The notes under the pieces are model-generated. The model had not been told where the DNA came from. It was given only the letters and a program-made list of their open reading frames with translations, and made no database searches. Positions 24,552 to 37,865 of a stretch of DNA of 64,000 nt are shown here, piece by piece. How positions within the stretch are numbered: the stretch's first letter is position 1; each line of letters begins with the position of its first letter. A program made the position numbers and the translations under genes. This stretch comes from Hydrolagus colliei (taxonomy: Eukaryota), in assembly GCA_035084275.1 (NCBI GenBank), contig CM068769.1, positions 682,001 through 746,000 of the forward strand, written 5' to 3'.

Positions 24552-27500
24552 TAAAAGCTGCAGCATCATGCCAGTTTGCCAAATAATGTACCAAGGATCA
24601 CTGTAGCCTGAGAAGTTTATTGACTCTGAATTTCTCCGGTACAAGAAAAATAAAAAACATGTAATCCATAATACTGCGAAATTTACCGATATCGCAAACA
24701 GTAAAATAATGGCTTTCCTTTGGTTCTTCATCTCTGGATCATTGTCTCCCTCACCTCTATTCCTGTCCCCATCACTGTGTCCCCGCAATCTCCTGCCGGC
24801 TCGACTGGCCACCAGGATGTGCCTGACAGCCAGGGGGTTGAGCAGCAAAATCCCAACGAATGGGAGATTTGGGGTTAAAACAAGGTCGAGGTGGTCAAAC
24901 ACATTCCATGGGATAAACGAGTAAACGCTTGCTTTGGTCACGCAAATCCACGATATGCTGTTAAATATGAACTCTGGTTCATAGTCAAAGTACTAGGGAA
25001 TATTTACCCCAATGAAGAACAAACTGAACCCCGCTATCACTGCAGCAGCTGTTTTTGCGGTGCAATATTTAGTTTTCAGTTGTTGGCAGCAGATAGCGAC
25101 ATATCGATCGAAGGTTAAAGCCACGGTTAGCCAGACAGAGATTGCCGATGGTGCAGTACTCAGTGCCTCTAGCAACGAGCAAACATGGGTGATGTTCACG
25201 AATGAATATGGGAAGTAGAAAGGAACAATGCGATAGAAAATCACCACAAAAATTACCATCATCACATCAGGCACTGACATGGCCAGCAGATAGTGGGAGA
25301 CACATTTTGAAAGACCGCACCTCCCTCGGGACAGCATCAGAATGGCTACCATGTTAGCTGCAGAGAGAGTGAAGGTAAAATGACCAGTTATAATAATCCA
25401 TTTGTACAGTTCATCTTCTGCTGGTAAAGTAATATTTTCTGCTGCGCTTTCTGTTGGGTACTTTTCGCTTCTCTCACGTGAAGTCACTATTTTTGCGACA
25501 TCAAAGTGCGATGGAGAGAAGTCTGGCTCGCTGCCCATCGCCAGCAGTCACATTCACACGCACATACAGAGACAGAAAAAGATGCACAGACAGCGGGAAA
25601 TGCACTGACATGAAGACAGGGAACAAGAGCAAGAAACAAAGACGGAACACACAGGACGATGTAGAGAAAAGTAAATTCAGGCAGAAATGCAGAAATACAC
25701 TTTTCTGTATATCGGCAGAAAGATCTCTACCCGTTCTGAGAGAGAGAGACCGTCACAGACAAAGGGGGAATGGGAGATACAGAGATACAACTACACAGAG
25801 AGTTAAACACAGACACAATGAGTTTGGTACAGAGATACAACAAGACAGATAGATGCACTCAGACTGATAGATGGAGGGTTATTCAAAGACAGAGGGAGAG
25901 AATCACTGATACAAAGAGAAATGCACAGAAACAGATACACATAGATATATATGCACACAGGCAGAGAGAGCGACACATCGCCTAAATACACGTACACAAA
26001 CATACAGATGAATTAGCCAGATATGCACACAGAGAGATAAAATTACATACAAGGTGAGAAAGATTCACCGACAAATAGAGGCAATTCCACACACAGGGAA
26101 TGGTAGTAAATATTTGAAGCAGATGTTGATGTAGATCGATACATAGATAGACACACACACGCAACTAGAGAATGGGAACATAGAGGGGGGGGGGGGGGGG
26201 GGCAGAGAGAAACAGAAGAACAGCCACATGCAGAGAGATACACAAATACAAAGAAGTACAGAATGAGACAGGGAGACAGATATAGGTCTTGTGGGGTCAG
26301 TCTAGAACGAGACACGTAAAAACGTTTCACCTGCACAGCAGTAAACAAACCAAACTAAGACTTCCATGAATCTCAATTTTAAATGTAAATCCCATAGATA
26401 GATTGTTGGACAATAATGCAGAGAAAAGCTATCTCTGCCTATGTCTGCTGATCTATTTGTCCATGCGTAGCTCTTCCTCTCTCCCCCCCTCTCTCTCACC
26501 AAAGCTGGTGGTGTTCATGTCCGTATTTCAATATATAGCTCTATTTCTGTATCACTGCAAATCTCCCTCTCACTGCCTGTGGGCAATATGCTTTACTTGC
26601 ATATTCTTATGGATGGCGATATGATTCCTCAAGGACTCAAGCCCCCCAGCTGACCAAACTAAATCTATATAAACAGTTATGTGTGGAGTAAAGAAACTTG
26701 CCTTATGTTTCCCACTACTTCATAATGATACCCGGTCCTCCGGCTTGAAAGTTCAATGCTGTAGTAAGGGAGAGAGGGGAATACGGATAGCGGAAAGATA
26801 GCTCAGAAGATACGTGGAGAAGGGGATTGATATCAATGGAAAGAGAGAGGGACACACATACATAGAGAAATAGGTACTCACAGTCACATATAGAGCGAGA
26901 GAGATAGACACAGATCAATAGATGAAGAGACAGCGAGATGTAAACAGGTAAAAATGTTGACATACAATGTGCAATAAACACGGTCAGAGAGCATGTAGCA
27001 CGCAGTTTTGGACAATGCCGCAGGATTCTGGATCCTCAGCAGCCTGGGGAGGGAGTAATTGGGAAGACCGTCCAACAGAGTATTTGCATTGCCGAGCCGG
27101 AAAGTAATGAAGACATGAATGAGGCTATCAGCGGCTTTGAAGTGGTGCGTTATTGGCGGAGTCAGGCAATGTGGGTTAGATGAGGAAAGTAAGTGCGTGG
27201 CATTGCTTGGACGTGATGGAGGCAAGACACATGAGTGTCGAACAAGACAACAACGTATCTGAGTGGCTTGATGAGGTCAAGTGAGCAACGATGGAGGTTG
27301 ACACTGCCAGCGACGGATGCATCAAGACGCTGGCGAGAGCCAATCAACAGTGAATGTTTAGAAAGAGCTAGAGAATAACAGAGAGATGAACGGATGCACT
27401 GAGACAGCGAGAGTGCTAACCACTCAGAAAGAAACAGAGAGATAGACACGGAGAGAAATGGACACAAAGAGGCACAATTACATAGATATACAGAGAAAGA

Positions 27501-29650
27501 AAGAGAAAGATGCAAACACACAGATAATAATATTCAATCTTGCTTTTCATGTACCGCTTTTTGCGTCTTCCAGAAGTCTCAAAGTGCATCAAAGAATAGA
27601 TTGAGTATAATTGAATTGACTGTCTATTTGTGAGAGAAACGGAGCAAGTCAGTGTCACACAAGCAGTGATGGATTGAAATCAACAATTTTGGCAGGCATT
27701 ATTAATAGGCGTGTAGAGTATGGAAACCTGCGCAATATTTACCGTAACCTGCCAGGTATTGAACACAGATCTCTTGCTATTACGTCGAGTGCTCTAACCA
27801 CTGAGCTACGGTAGAAGGGGAGGTACAGGGGATGGCGATTTTCAAAGTATTGCAGAGACAGCGGCAGACACACAGAGGCACAGCTTGAGATACTGAGACA
27901 GACGGAAGCAGATCGGGAAAGACAGGTACACAACGCGTACTTAAGGAGAGAAAGTTACGCACATATAAATGAATAGAGGGCGAGAGAGCCGCACACAGTC
28001 GGAGAGAGGGAGTCACAGACAGCGGAGGAAGAAAGAGCATTATATATGCAGACATACGGTGATACACGAGCAAAGAGAGTGAGGTGTAAACACACAACAA
28101 GAGAATGATACACACAGACACAGAGAAGAAATACATACCAACAAAGAGATTCACACACACAAAGTGAAAGCAATACACACTTTATTTAGATGTGTAGAGA
28201 TACAGATACAACATTAGATACATAGAAATATGTACACGCTGACGGAGAATAAGGGACAAACAGAATGAGAGAACAAAGAGAGGCAGAGACGTGCTCTCAG
28301 ACAGTCAGAGTGCTACACACAGTGTGAGACAGGGGGATAACGGGATAGCAAGAGATAAGCAGAGAAATTGAGAGAAAGGCATGGAGATATACATAAACAA
28401 CATGAGTAAAAACAACAGCTTATGTGTATGTAGCGCCTTTCGCACCGGGTAGTTAACACAGAGAGAGACAAATACAGAACCAGATCCAGGCACACTGCGA
28501 GAAAAATAAACAGAGAGAGCGCGCAACAGCTACAGAAACTCAAACAGATATAAACCCAGCCACACAGGGAGAAAAGGTAAGACAAATGAGTAGGATACAG
28601 AAACAAAGGCATTCAGATAGATTCAGAATCACGCACAGCCAGAGGGATCCGGAGAGTCACGGAGACACAAAGAGAAAGAGAGAGCACAAATATACATAAT
28701 AAGAATCCTAGTATTTTTAAGTAGCACTCTTCGAGTCTTGTCGGCTTCTCATGCGCTCGACCGAATCTACACTGACGTGAATTGACTGTAGATTTGTGCA
28801 GGAAATACAGCAGCCAATGGCGCATAAATTTGTTATGAATGTGTTATTATTTTTTCGTTCTTGAGGGATTAATAACAGGTGTATGACGTAAGGTAACTTC
28901 TAAGGATGCTATCACACTGCCGGGAAATGAACTTCCATCTATCGATTCAACAAATTATTTCGCTGTTAATTTTTCAATCAAACAATGAATCAAAACTTAA
29001 ATCTGCATAGCGTCGTTCACGTCGAAAGGACGTCCAAGGCGCTGTATTGTCAAGAGGGGACAAGGCAGTGGGGAGACGCCGTGGCAGGATGAAGAAGAGT
29101 ATGAAAATTGACTATAATTGTGGGATAAAATCGGAAGCCAGATTGCACAGAGCAGCGTCGCACAATCAGCCATGGCAGTGGGATTAGGGGAGAAAGGGGG
29201 CAAATATGGCATGGGGAGGTGGCGGGGGAGTCAGGGTAAGGAGAAGGAGAGCAGGAAAGCCGACGTTTTGTGGGCGAAACCCCACCCCATCGCAGCAGAA
29301 AATTGTGCTCAGCAGCGTCCCACAAACGGTCACTGAAATTGGTACAGGGAGGAAGTGTGGAAAAGAGGGTAAAGGGGGAGAGGGATGTCAACGGGGCAGA
29401 TTGAAGGTAAAATGGGGTGGGGTAAAGTAATAGAGGAAAAGGGGGAAGCAACGAGGTTAAGTGGAAAATAAAAAGGGTTAAATGCCACAATTGCCTGATT
29501 CAGAGGGACAGTGGTAAACCGATCGAGCTGCAAGCCTTAATGCATATTAATAAAGAAATTAACTTTGGTAAAACACTTGCCGGGAAAACCAAATGCAGCG
29601 AAAATCGGGTGGTAAATGTCTTCTATTCTGTGAATAATCGGAGTTGTCAT
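24552..29650 (-). pseudogene. GPR139-like class A GPCR pseudogene; exon 1 29581-29650, exon 2 25357-24552
   Basis: Exon 1 MTTPIIHRIEDIYHPIFAAFGFP (70 nt, GC donor) splices in phase 1 to ANMVAILMLSRGRCGLSKCVSHYLLAM...TFDRYVAICC...NIP*YF...ENQRK-type TM6 ILLFAIS...GMMLQLL. TAG at 24993-24995; truncated in TM7 by L2. Confidence 0.88.
25560..28700. repeat. Degenerate AC/AG-rich simple-sequence tracts in the GPCR intron
   Basis: Decayed agagacacac/agatacaca patterns with the same strand polarity as the main satellite, interrupted by SINE/L2 remnants (e.g. ~26930-27350). Confidence 0.6.
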
Positions 29651-29832
29651 CTTCAAATCGGAAACGATTATGTCTTCTCTCGGCAGAGGAAGCAGCTGAC
29701 GGCTGAAAGATGATGCTAGAAAGTCTCAAACGGATTCTTATATAAACCAACAGTGATCGCTTTGTTGAGCAATGTTACCACGGGGTCGTCGATGAATTTG
29801 AGCCGCATGCAAAACAGTTACTCAACCTGTGT

Positions 29833-32800
29833 ATCATAGAATGATAGAATCATAGAATTTTACGGCACAAAAGGAGGCCATTCGGCCCATCTAGTCTGTG
29901 CCGGCTCTTTGAAAAGAGCGATTCAATCCCACTGCCCTGCCCGCTCCCCATAGCCTAATAGACCCGTTCTCCCTAAGTAAAGATCTAATTCCCTTTTAAA
30001 AGTTGTTATCTAATCAGCCTCCACCACCTTTTCAGGCAATGCATTCCAGATTCGAACAACTCGTTGAGTGAAAAAAGTTCTCCTCAGCTCCCCTCTACTG
30101 CGACTTGAAACTATTTTAAATCTGTGACCACGAGTCACAGATTCACCCACGAGTGGAAATAGTTTTTCTCCATTTGCCCTGTCGAAACCCTCATGATCTT
30201 ATAAACCTCAATTCGGTCTTCCGTCAATCTTCTCTGCTCCAGAAAGAACAACCCTAGCCTATCTAGCCTCTCCTCATAGCTGAAGTCCCTCAATCCTGGC
30301 ACCATCCTAGTAAATCTTCGTTGTACCCTTTCCAATGCCTTCACATCCTTTCTGTAGTGTGGTGACAAGAATTGAACACAGTATTCCAGCTGAGGCCTCA
30401 CCAAAGTCCTATAGAGGTTAGTCAGCACTTCCTGACTTTTGTACTCTATACCCCTATTTATAAAGCCTAGTATCCCATATGCCTTCTTAACAGCCTTGTC
30501 TACCTGTCCTGCCACCTTCAACGAGTCACTAACACAAATCCCCAGGTCTCTCTGTTCCTTTACACCATTTAAAATTGTACTATCTAGCCTATATTGCCTC
30601 CCTTCATTTCTTCTCCCAAAATGCATCACCTCACACTTCTCTGCATTAAACTTCATCTGCCATGTGTCTGCCCACTTTACCAATTTGTCTATATCCTCTT
30701 GCAGATGGCTACTATCCTCCTCACTGTTTACTATTCTCCCTAACTTATTGTCATCTGCAAACTTGGAAACTGTACTCCGTACACCCAAGTCCAGATCATT
30801 GATGTAGATTACAAACAGCAATGGTCCCAAAACCTATCCCTGTGGTGCACCACTGCTCACTTCCCTCCAATCTGAAAAACAGCCGCTCACTACAACTCTC
30901 TGCTTTCTGTCTCGCAGCCAGTTGTGGATCCACGCTGCCACTGTCCCTTTTACGCCATGGGCCTTTAGTTTCATAATAAGTCTCTAATGTGGCACTTTGT
31001 CAAATGCCTTTTGAAAGTCCAAAAGGCATTTTCGACTTACATCAACTGCGCTACCATTATCCACTCATTCCGTTACCTCATCAAAAAATTCTATCAGATT
31101 TGTAAGGCAAGATTTACCTTTAACAAATCCATGTTGACTGTCCTTTATTAGCCTATATCTTTCTAAGTGAAGATCTACCTTGTCCCTGATTATGGACTCT
31201 AGAAGTTTGCCCACTACCGACGTTAGACTGACTGGTCTGTAGTTACCAGGCTTGTCCTTCTGCCGCTTTTTATACAAGGGAGTAACATTAGCTATCCTCC
31301 AGTCCTCTGGCACGACCCCTGTGTCCAAGGAAGATTGAAAGATAGTGGCCAGAGTCCCTGCTATTTGCTCCCGTGCCTCACTTAGTAACCTAGGGTGCAT
31401 CCCATCCGGACCAGGTGACTTATCCACCTTGAGCGACGTCAACCTTTTTAGCACTTCCTCTCTGGTTATAATTATTCTATCCATTTCTCCTACCCTCTCC
31501 TCTAATACGATGACATTGGCTGTATCATTTTCTTTTGTGAAGACAGAGGCGAAGTACTCATTCAGTACATCAATCATGCCCTCTGCCTCCATAATGAGAT
31601 TTCCTCCTAGGTCCCTAATTGGCCCCACCCTCTCCTTGACCAACCTTTTACTCTTAATATGTTGGTAAAAAAACCTTAGAGTTCCTGTTAATCTTACTCG
31701 CTAATTGTTTTTCATGCAGTCTCTTTGCCCCTCTAACTTCCTTTTTTAGTTCTATCCTACACTTCCTATATTCTGCTTTGTTCCCTTCTGAATTTTGAGC
31801 CTGACACTTATCATAAGCCTCTTTTTTTTGTTTTATTTTGGCCCCGATTTCCTTAGTCATCCAGGGAGGTTTGGATGCCTTACATTTCACCTTTGTGGGG
31901 ATGCTTTTGACCTGTGCCTGAACTATCTCCTCTTTGAACGCTGCCCACTGCTCGTTAGTTGTCTTACCTGCCAATTTTTCTTTCCAATCCACCTTGGCTA
32001 GGTCCCACCTCAACTCATTGAAATTAGCCCTTTTCCAGTTGAGTGTCCTCACCTGTGATCGTTCCGTATCCCTTTCCATAATTATTCTGAAACTAACGAT
32101 ATTGTGGTCACTATTCCCTAGATGCTCACCTACAGAAACCTGTTGAACTTGCCCTACCTCATTTCCCAAAACTAGATCCAGCAATGCTTCTTTCCTCGTT
32201 GGACTGGAAACATACTGATCAAGAAAGTTGTCCTGCACACACTTCAGGAATTCTTCTTCCCCCTTGCCCTTTACTCTACTATTCTGCCAGTCTATGTTGG
32301 GATAGTTGAAGTCACCCATTATCACTACTCTATTAGTTCTGCATTTCTCCGTGATACGCTTGCAGATCTGCTTGTCTATCTCCTCCCCACTATTTGGTGG
32401 TCAATAGTATAACCCTAACAGTGTAACTGCACCTTTTGTATTCCTAATTTCTAACCAGATAGATTCGGTTTTTAGTCCTTCTTCCACCTCGTTCCTTTCT
32501 AAGGCAGTCACTGAGTCCTTAACTAAAATTGCCACCCCGCCCCCTTTTCTCCCTTCTCTATCCCTCCTGAATACATTATAACCAGAAATGTTCAACTCCC
32601 ATTCCTGCCCATGCTGGAGCCAAGTCTCTGTTACTGCTATAACATAATTTCGCCTCGCAGCAACCTGAGCCTGCAGCTCACCAATTTTATTTCTCAAACA
32701 TCGTGCATTTACATACATGCACTCTGAAGCACAAATTACTTCCTCTGCATTTTTCTCCCGTCTTACCTTTACCCCTGTCCTCTTTATTACCCCTCCCGTA

Positions 32801-33370
32801 TTTGAACTACTGATCAGTTTCCCACCCTTAACCCCGGGATTAGTTTAAAGCCCCCCCACAAAACTCGATAACCTCCCTGCAAGGAGATTGGTTCCAGACC
32901 TGTTCAGGTGTAACCCTTCCATTTTGTACAGGTTCCACCTACCCCAGAATTGGTCCCATTGGTCTAGGAACCAGAAACCCTCCTTCCTACACCACTTCTC
33001 CAGCCATGCATTGATGTGCCTTATTCTAGCATTCTGGATCTGGCTTGCTCGAGGCACTGGAAGCAACCCAGAGATCACCACTCTCGAAGTTCCACTTTTT
33101 AGTTTACTCCCTAGTCTCTGGTACTCTCCCTGGAGCATCTCAGGTCTTTTCCTCTCAACTTCATGGGTCCCAACATGGACCACCACAAGTGGATTTTCCG
33201 CTTCCCCTAGCAGAATTTCATGGACCCGCTCAGTCAAGTCTTCAACCCTGGCACCTGGTAGGCAACACACCTTCCGAGATTCGCGTTTCCGTTCACAAAA
33301 ACGCCTATCTATACCTCGGACAGTTGTATCTCCCATTAATGTCATTTCCCTCAAGGATTTAATTTTTGGG
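29833..33370 (-). mobile_element. Long CR1 LINE (partial ORF1 esterase domain + frameshifted ORF2 APE/RT)
   Basis: ORF1 GDTTVRGIDRRFC...CCLPGARV...VVHVGT; ORF2 MYVNARCLRNK...TETWL, MGDFNYP, GNYRPVSLTS, FADD; (ATAGAATC)-type tail at 29833-29858. Confidence 0.95.
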
Positions 33371-33409
33371 GGCAGCCCATTGTTTCAACATTGCTGAATC
33401 ATTGTGAAG

Positions 33410-33735
33410 TACCTTTAGCTCAGAGGCTGGAGCACTCGCCTTACAAGCGTGAAACATGTTTTCGAATCCAGGCAAGTCGAGGTGAAACCTTGAGTAAATG
33501 TCCTTGCTCCACAAGGCTGAAAATAATCCTCCCAATAAAAACACAACAATAAAAATTGGTCTTGTCAACCCACGACTGTTTGTGGGGGGGACGCTGTTGT
33601 GCGCAATTAGCTGCCGCTTTTTGCCTATAAATATACAGTCACTTCACTTTACAGTATATATTGCGAAGCATTTTGATACGTTGATAAGGTGGGAAACGCG
33701 GTACAGCAAATGCAAGGTTTATTATTATTATCATC
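33410..33735 (+). mobile_element. tRNA-headed SINE
   Basis: tagctcagaggctggagcactcgccttacaagcgtg...ttcgaatcc head, family core and tail. Confidence 0.75.
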
Positions 33736-34869
33736 TCCAGTTACGCACTTAATTCACCAGAGTGTAAATTAAAGCAATTTCGCTCTATAGCGACAAGCTC
33801 CCATCTTCATTTATCACAGAGAGTGTGGAGAAGTGCATGGGAGGAACCAAGGTTTTGTGATCACAGTGTGTGTCCTGAGGTTCCCGTTGAAATGTAAGCA
33901 ACTAAACCTGAAATGCTTCTCACCGAAAATAATAATCCCTATATTTCCAACAAGACATACATACGTTCCACACATCTGGACATGAATTGCGGTATCAGGC
34001 ACAAAGCTGTTGACCACACTGAGTGATAGCACTGTCACCGCTTTGTTAGAAGGTTATGGGTTCAACAAGGACAACAGCTACAACTTCGGTTTTCTATTTT
34101 GCCATCCACGGCTGTACAGAGTCTCAGAGCGTTTCACAATAACGGAAGAAGCGGGGAGCAAGCCAAGGGCAGGGGGGAAAGGTGACCAAAGGCGCGTTGG
34201 AATCTAAAGGTGTTTAGCTGAGACTGGAAACTGGGAAGAGAGGGGAAGAGTCGAGGGGAGTGAGGAAGGGAGTTACAGATCCTCGTGGTTTACCGGGTGA
34301 TGGTGCAGCGCAGCATTCGGGGTTAGAGGAGGAGACACACATCCCTTCCTTTTGCTCCATGATTTGATATACAGAGCTTGAGCAGCAATCTGTGTCTCTT
34401 AGTAGCAAATCAACCCTAGCTTAGGCTTTGCTATACAAACATAGGTTCACAATTCCATGTTACACTCTCCAGCCGGTAACCAATGAATATCTGTCCTCAT
34501 CGTGCTGGGAGGACATTTGCTGCACCACCTGTGATTTGCCAGGGTTCCAGTTCAATGCCGCAGATCGGGAGATCATGTTCGCATTGTTTTACGCACAGTT
34601 AAACAAACACGACCTCTTCGATGCTGAGTACACACCAGTGCAGAATTGAACACACCCTTTCTGCAACCATTTCCTTTTATTTTAATAACTAAACGATCAA
34701 TAAAGCACTAATTGGTTGTCCCAATCTTTGCAAATGAGTTGAGAAGATCTCCCTGTTGCTCAGAACTTAATTTTATAAGACAGAAGTGGCATTACCCTGC
34801 AGGAAGTCCGATCCCTTTCCAAAAAAGCCCTCTATCTATGACCTCATCCTGGATGAGAACATTGATATT

Positions 34870-35730
34870 CTTGGCCTTACGGAAACCTGACGTTCCCCAA
34901 TGACCCCGTGCCTCTAGTTGAGGCCTTCCTGCAGGCTACATCTTCTACCACATCCCTCGCCACGGTGGCGGGCTGGCCGTCATCTCCACCTCCTCCCTTG
35001 GTCTATCCCCCTATTCTGGCTGTTTCCACTACTTCGAACACTCGACGCTCTACCATCCTTCTCGTTCCTTCATAATCCATCTTTATCGTCCTCCCGAACC
35101 CCCTCGCTCTTTCCTCCGCGATATCACCACTCTCTTCTCCTCCCTGTCACTCTGCTCTGAACGTCTGTTCATCATGAGCGACTTCAGCCTTCACCTAAAC
35201 TCCGTCTGCATCACCTCTTCCCACTTCACTGCTCTCGTAACCTCCCTAAACCTCACCCTCCATATTGACTCTCTGACCCACAACCATGGCCTCGCTCTCC
35301 AACTCATTATCACCCACGGCCTTGACATTTCCGAACTCAGCATCTCAGATAAGGCCAACTCGGAAGACTTTTTTCTCTCCTTCTCCTCTCCCATCCCTCT
35401 CTGCTCCACCAAGCATTCAACTGTACTTTTCCGCCATTGGAAACGTCTCGCCCTGAGACCCTCACAGAGTTCCTCACATCATCCTAACTTCGGAGGCCGG
35501 GCATTCAGCCACTACGCCCCGAGGGTCTGGAAATCATTTCCTGACTCATTTCACCTCGCCCGCTCTCTTCCCAATTTCAAGTAACACCTGAAGACCTTTC
35601 TCTTCGATTGCGCTTTTCGTCACCTTTTTGCCCCTTCCCTTGGCTTGTTCTCGGAATCTGCTATTGTGAAGCGCTCTGAGACGCCGTCCGGCGTAGAGGG
35701 AGTTACATAAATCGAAGTTGTTGTTGTTGT
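34870..35730 (+). mobile_element. L2 LINE fragment (endonuclease remnant joined to 3' end)
   Basis: LALTETW-like and MSDFSLHLN motifs, GGRAFSHYAPRVW, (GTT)n tail. Confidence 0.7.
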
Positions 35731-35929
35731 TGTCAGATAATCTCTCTCTGTGTGTGTGTGCCTGTGTGTTAAGACGTAGGTGTGTGACGTTGTGTATTTG
35801 CGATGTGACCATGTGTGTGTTTGGTGTTTATACATTTGTGTGACATGCTGTATGTCGATGTGAAAGAGAGTGTATGTTTGCGTGATAGTGTGAGCGATTG
35901 TGCGTGTTTGCGTCCCTAAGTTTTGTTGT

Positions 35930-36910
35930 CACCCAGTTGTACCTTTCTGCCTCATCCCTCAACCCCCAGACGATCGATGTTCTGACAGCATGTCTGTCCG
36001 ACATCAAGTCGTGGACGAGGGACAACGTTTTGCAATTGAACGTGAATAAGACCGAGGCCCTCCTGATTGGCTCAAGCCAGCGCCTCCGCACATCGGGCGC
36101 TGCCAGCCTCAATATCCAAAGTTGCACTCTCCACCTCACAAAGCCAATCAGGAACCTCGGCATCATGTTCGATCAAAAGCTTTCCTTACTCCCCCACATC
36201 CGCATCTTGACCGGCACCGCCTATTTCCAACTGCTCAACCTTGCTAGGCTCCGTAATTATCTTACCCCCCGCGCTGCCGAAACACTCGTGCATGCATACA
36301 TCACCTCACGGCTGGACTACGGAAATTCTCTCGTAGTCGGCCTCCCCAGTTCCTCCATTCATAGGCTGCAGGCCATCCAAAACTCTGCAGCCAGTGTTCT
36401 ATCCCGCACCCGCCTCCGCGACCACATAACCCCCACCGTCGCCCATCTCCACTGGCTCCCTATCCTCCAGAGGATCGAGTTTAAGATCCTCGTCCTCAAC
36501 TACAAGGCATTAAACGGCCTTTCCCCATCCTACTTAACCGATCTACTCTCCCACTACACGCCCACCCGGACCCTCCGTTCAACAGGACTTGGCCTGCTCT
36601 AAGCCCCCCGCCCGAACCGCCCCACAATCGGAGGCCGGGCCTTCAGTTTCTCCGCTCCCACCTTATGGAATGCCATCCCTCAATCCCTCCGTTTCGTCTC
36701 TTTCCTTTCCTCTTTCAAGGCCGGTTTGAAGAATTTCCTCTTCGATCGTGCCTTTTGTTCCACCCCGAATTCTTTTACCTCCCCTTCGTGTTTCACCCCT
36801 TCCCAAACACTCGCCTCCCAGCTCGGGACACACGCCTCCTGTGCAGCGCCTTGGGACTTCCTCCCGACGTGAAAGGCGCTCTATAAATGTAAATTGTTGT
36901 TGTTGTTGTT
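35930..36910 (+). mobile_element. L2 LINE 3' portion
   Basis: TQLYLS...CLSDIKSW...LQLNVNKTE...RLDYGNSL...LHWLP...(GTT)n tail. Confidence 0.9.
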
Positions 36911-37269
36911 GTGTATGTGTGTGCATGTGCAAATGTATTAACGTGTGTGTATGCACTTATGTGTGATAGTGAGTGTGTGTTCATGAACATGTGTGACCGG
37001 GTATGTGTGCCAATGTGCGTTGCTGAAAGTGTATGTGTGCAAGTGAGTGTATGAGTGTGTGCGAGAGTGTGTGGTAAGTTGTGTGTCAGTGCGCTTGTTT
37101 GTCTGTGTGACAATGCTGAGCCTGTGTGACATTTTGTGTGTAATTGTGTGTGTATGTGGGGCAGTGTTTATAAGAATGTAATATATAGATTCAGAGCTGG
37201 AAGAGGCCATACGGCCCCCTTGATCCTGAACCACCATTTAGAAAGATACACTTATGCAGAAAATTAAAT

Positions 37270-37600
37270 TTACTGTACATGAATACTAATATCAATTGCA
37301 TTTGAAATAGCGCTTTTGCAAATCGTATCGACGTCTCAAAACTCTTCACGAAATATACTGCAACGTGACTTGACTGTATATTTGTGGGTAAAACGCGGGA
37401 GCCAATTGCGCACAACCGCGTCCCCCCGAAACAGTCGTCGATTGAAATGAGCAATTTTTATTGTTGTGATGTTTTTTGGACGGATTATTATCAAGCGTGT
37501 GTATGTGGAGTAAGGAAACGTGTCCAATGTTTCGCATTGTGTGGGAAACACGACAGCCAATTTCAAACAACAGAGTCCCACAAGCAGTCGTGGTTTGAGG
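37270..37600 (-). mobile_element. tRNA-related SINE
   Basis: Reverse complement of the family core (gcgcaattggctcccgcgttttacccacaaatatacagtc). Confidence 0.65.
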
Positions 37601-37826
37601 GACAAACATTTTTCATCCACGAATATTAATCACTCGATAAGCAATTATGAACTAACTAACGTTTTCCTTCTTACTGATGGTTAGTACTGCTTGGAAGATG
37701 AAACGTTGCCCAAACCTTCGCCATGCTAATTATCACCAGGGTATTCTCACTTGCGAGGAGAATGCTCTCAGCATAAAGCTGCGGTTGACTGTTTGTTGGG
37801 GTATCATGGTGCGTCAATCTTGACTA

Positions 37827-37865
37827 GGTTTTTGTACAGGCAAGCCGTTGATTTGCAGCACTGTG
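37827..37865 (-). other. 23-RSS of V6 (perfect consensus)
   Basis: CACAGTG, 23 nt, ACAAAAACC. Confidence 0.97.

Noticed and set aside
24993-25538. ORF-track N-terminus MGSEPDFS... for the GPCR
   Set aside because: Residues upstream of 25357 are intron read-through; the real exon 1 is at 29581-29650.
33850-33880. GGTTTTGT and CACAGTG close together (possible D/J signal)
   Set aside because: Spacing is neither 12 nor 23 and there is no J motif or splice donor.
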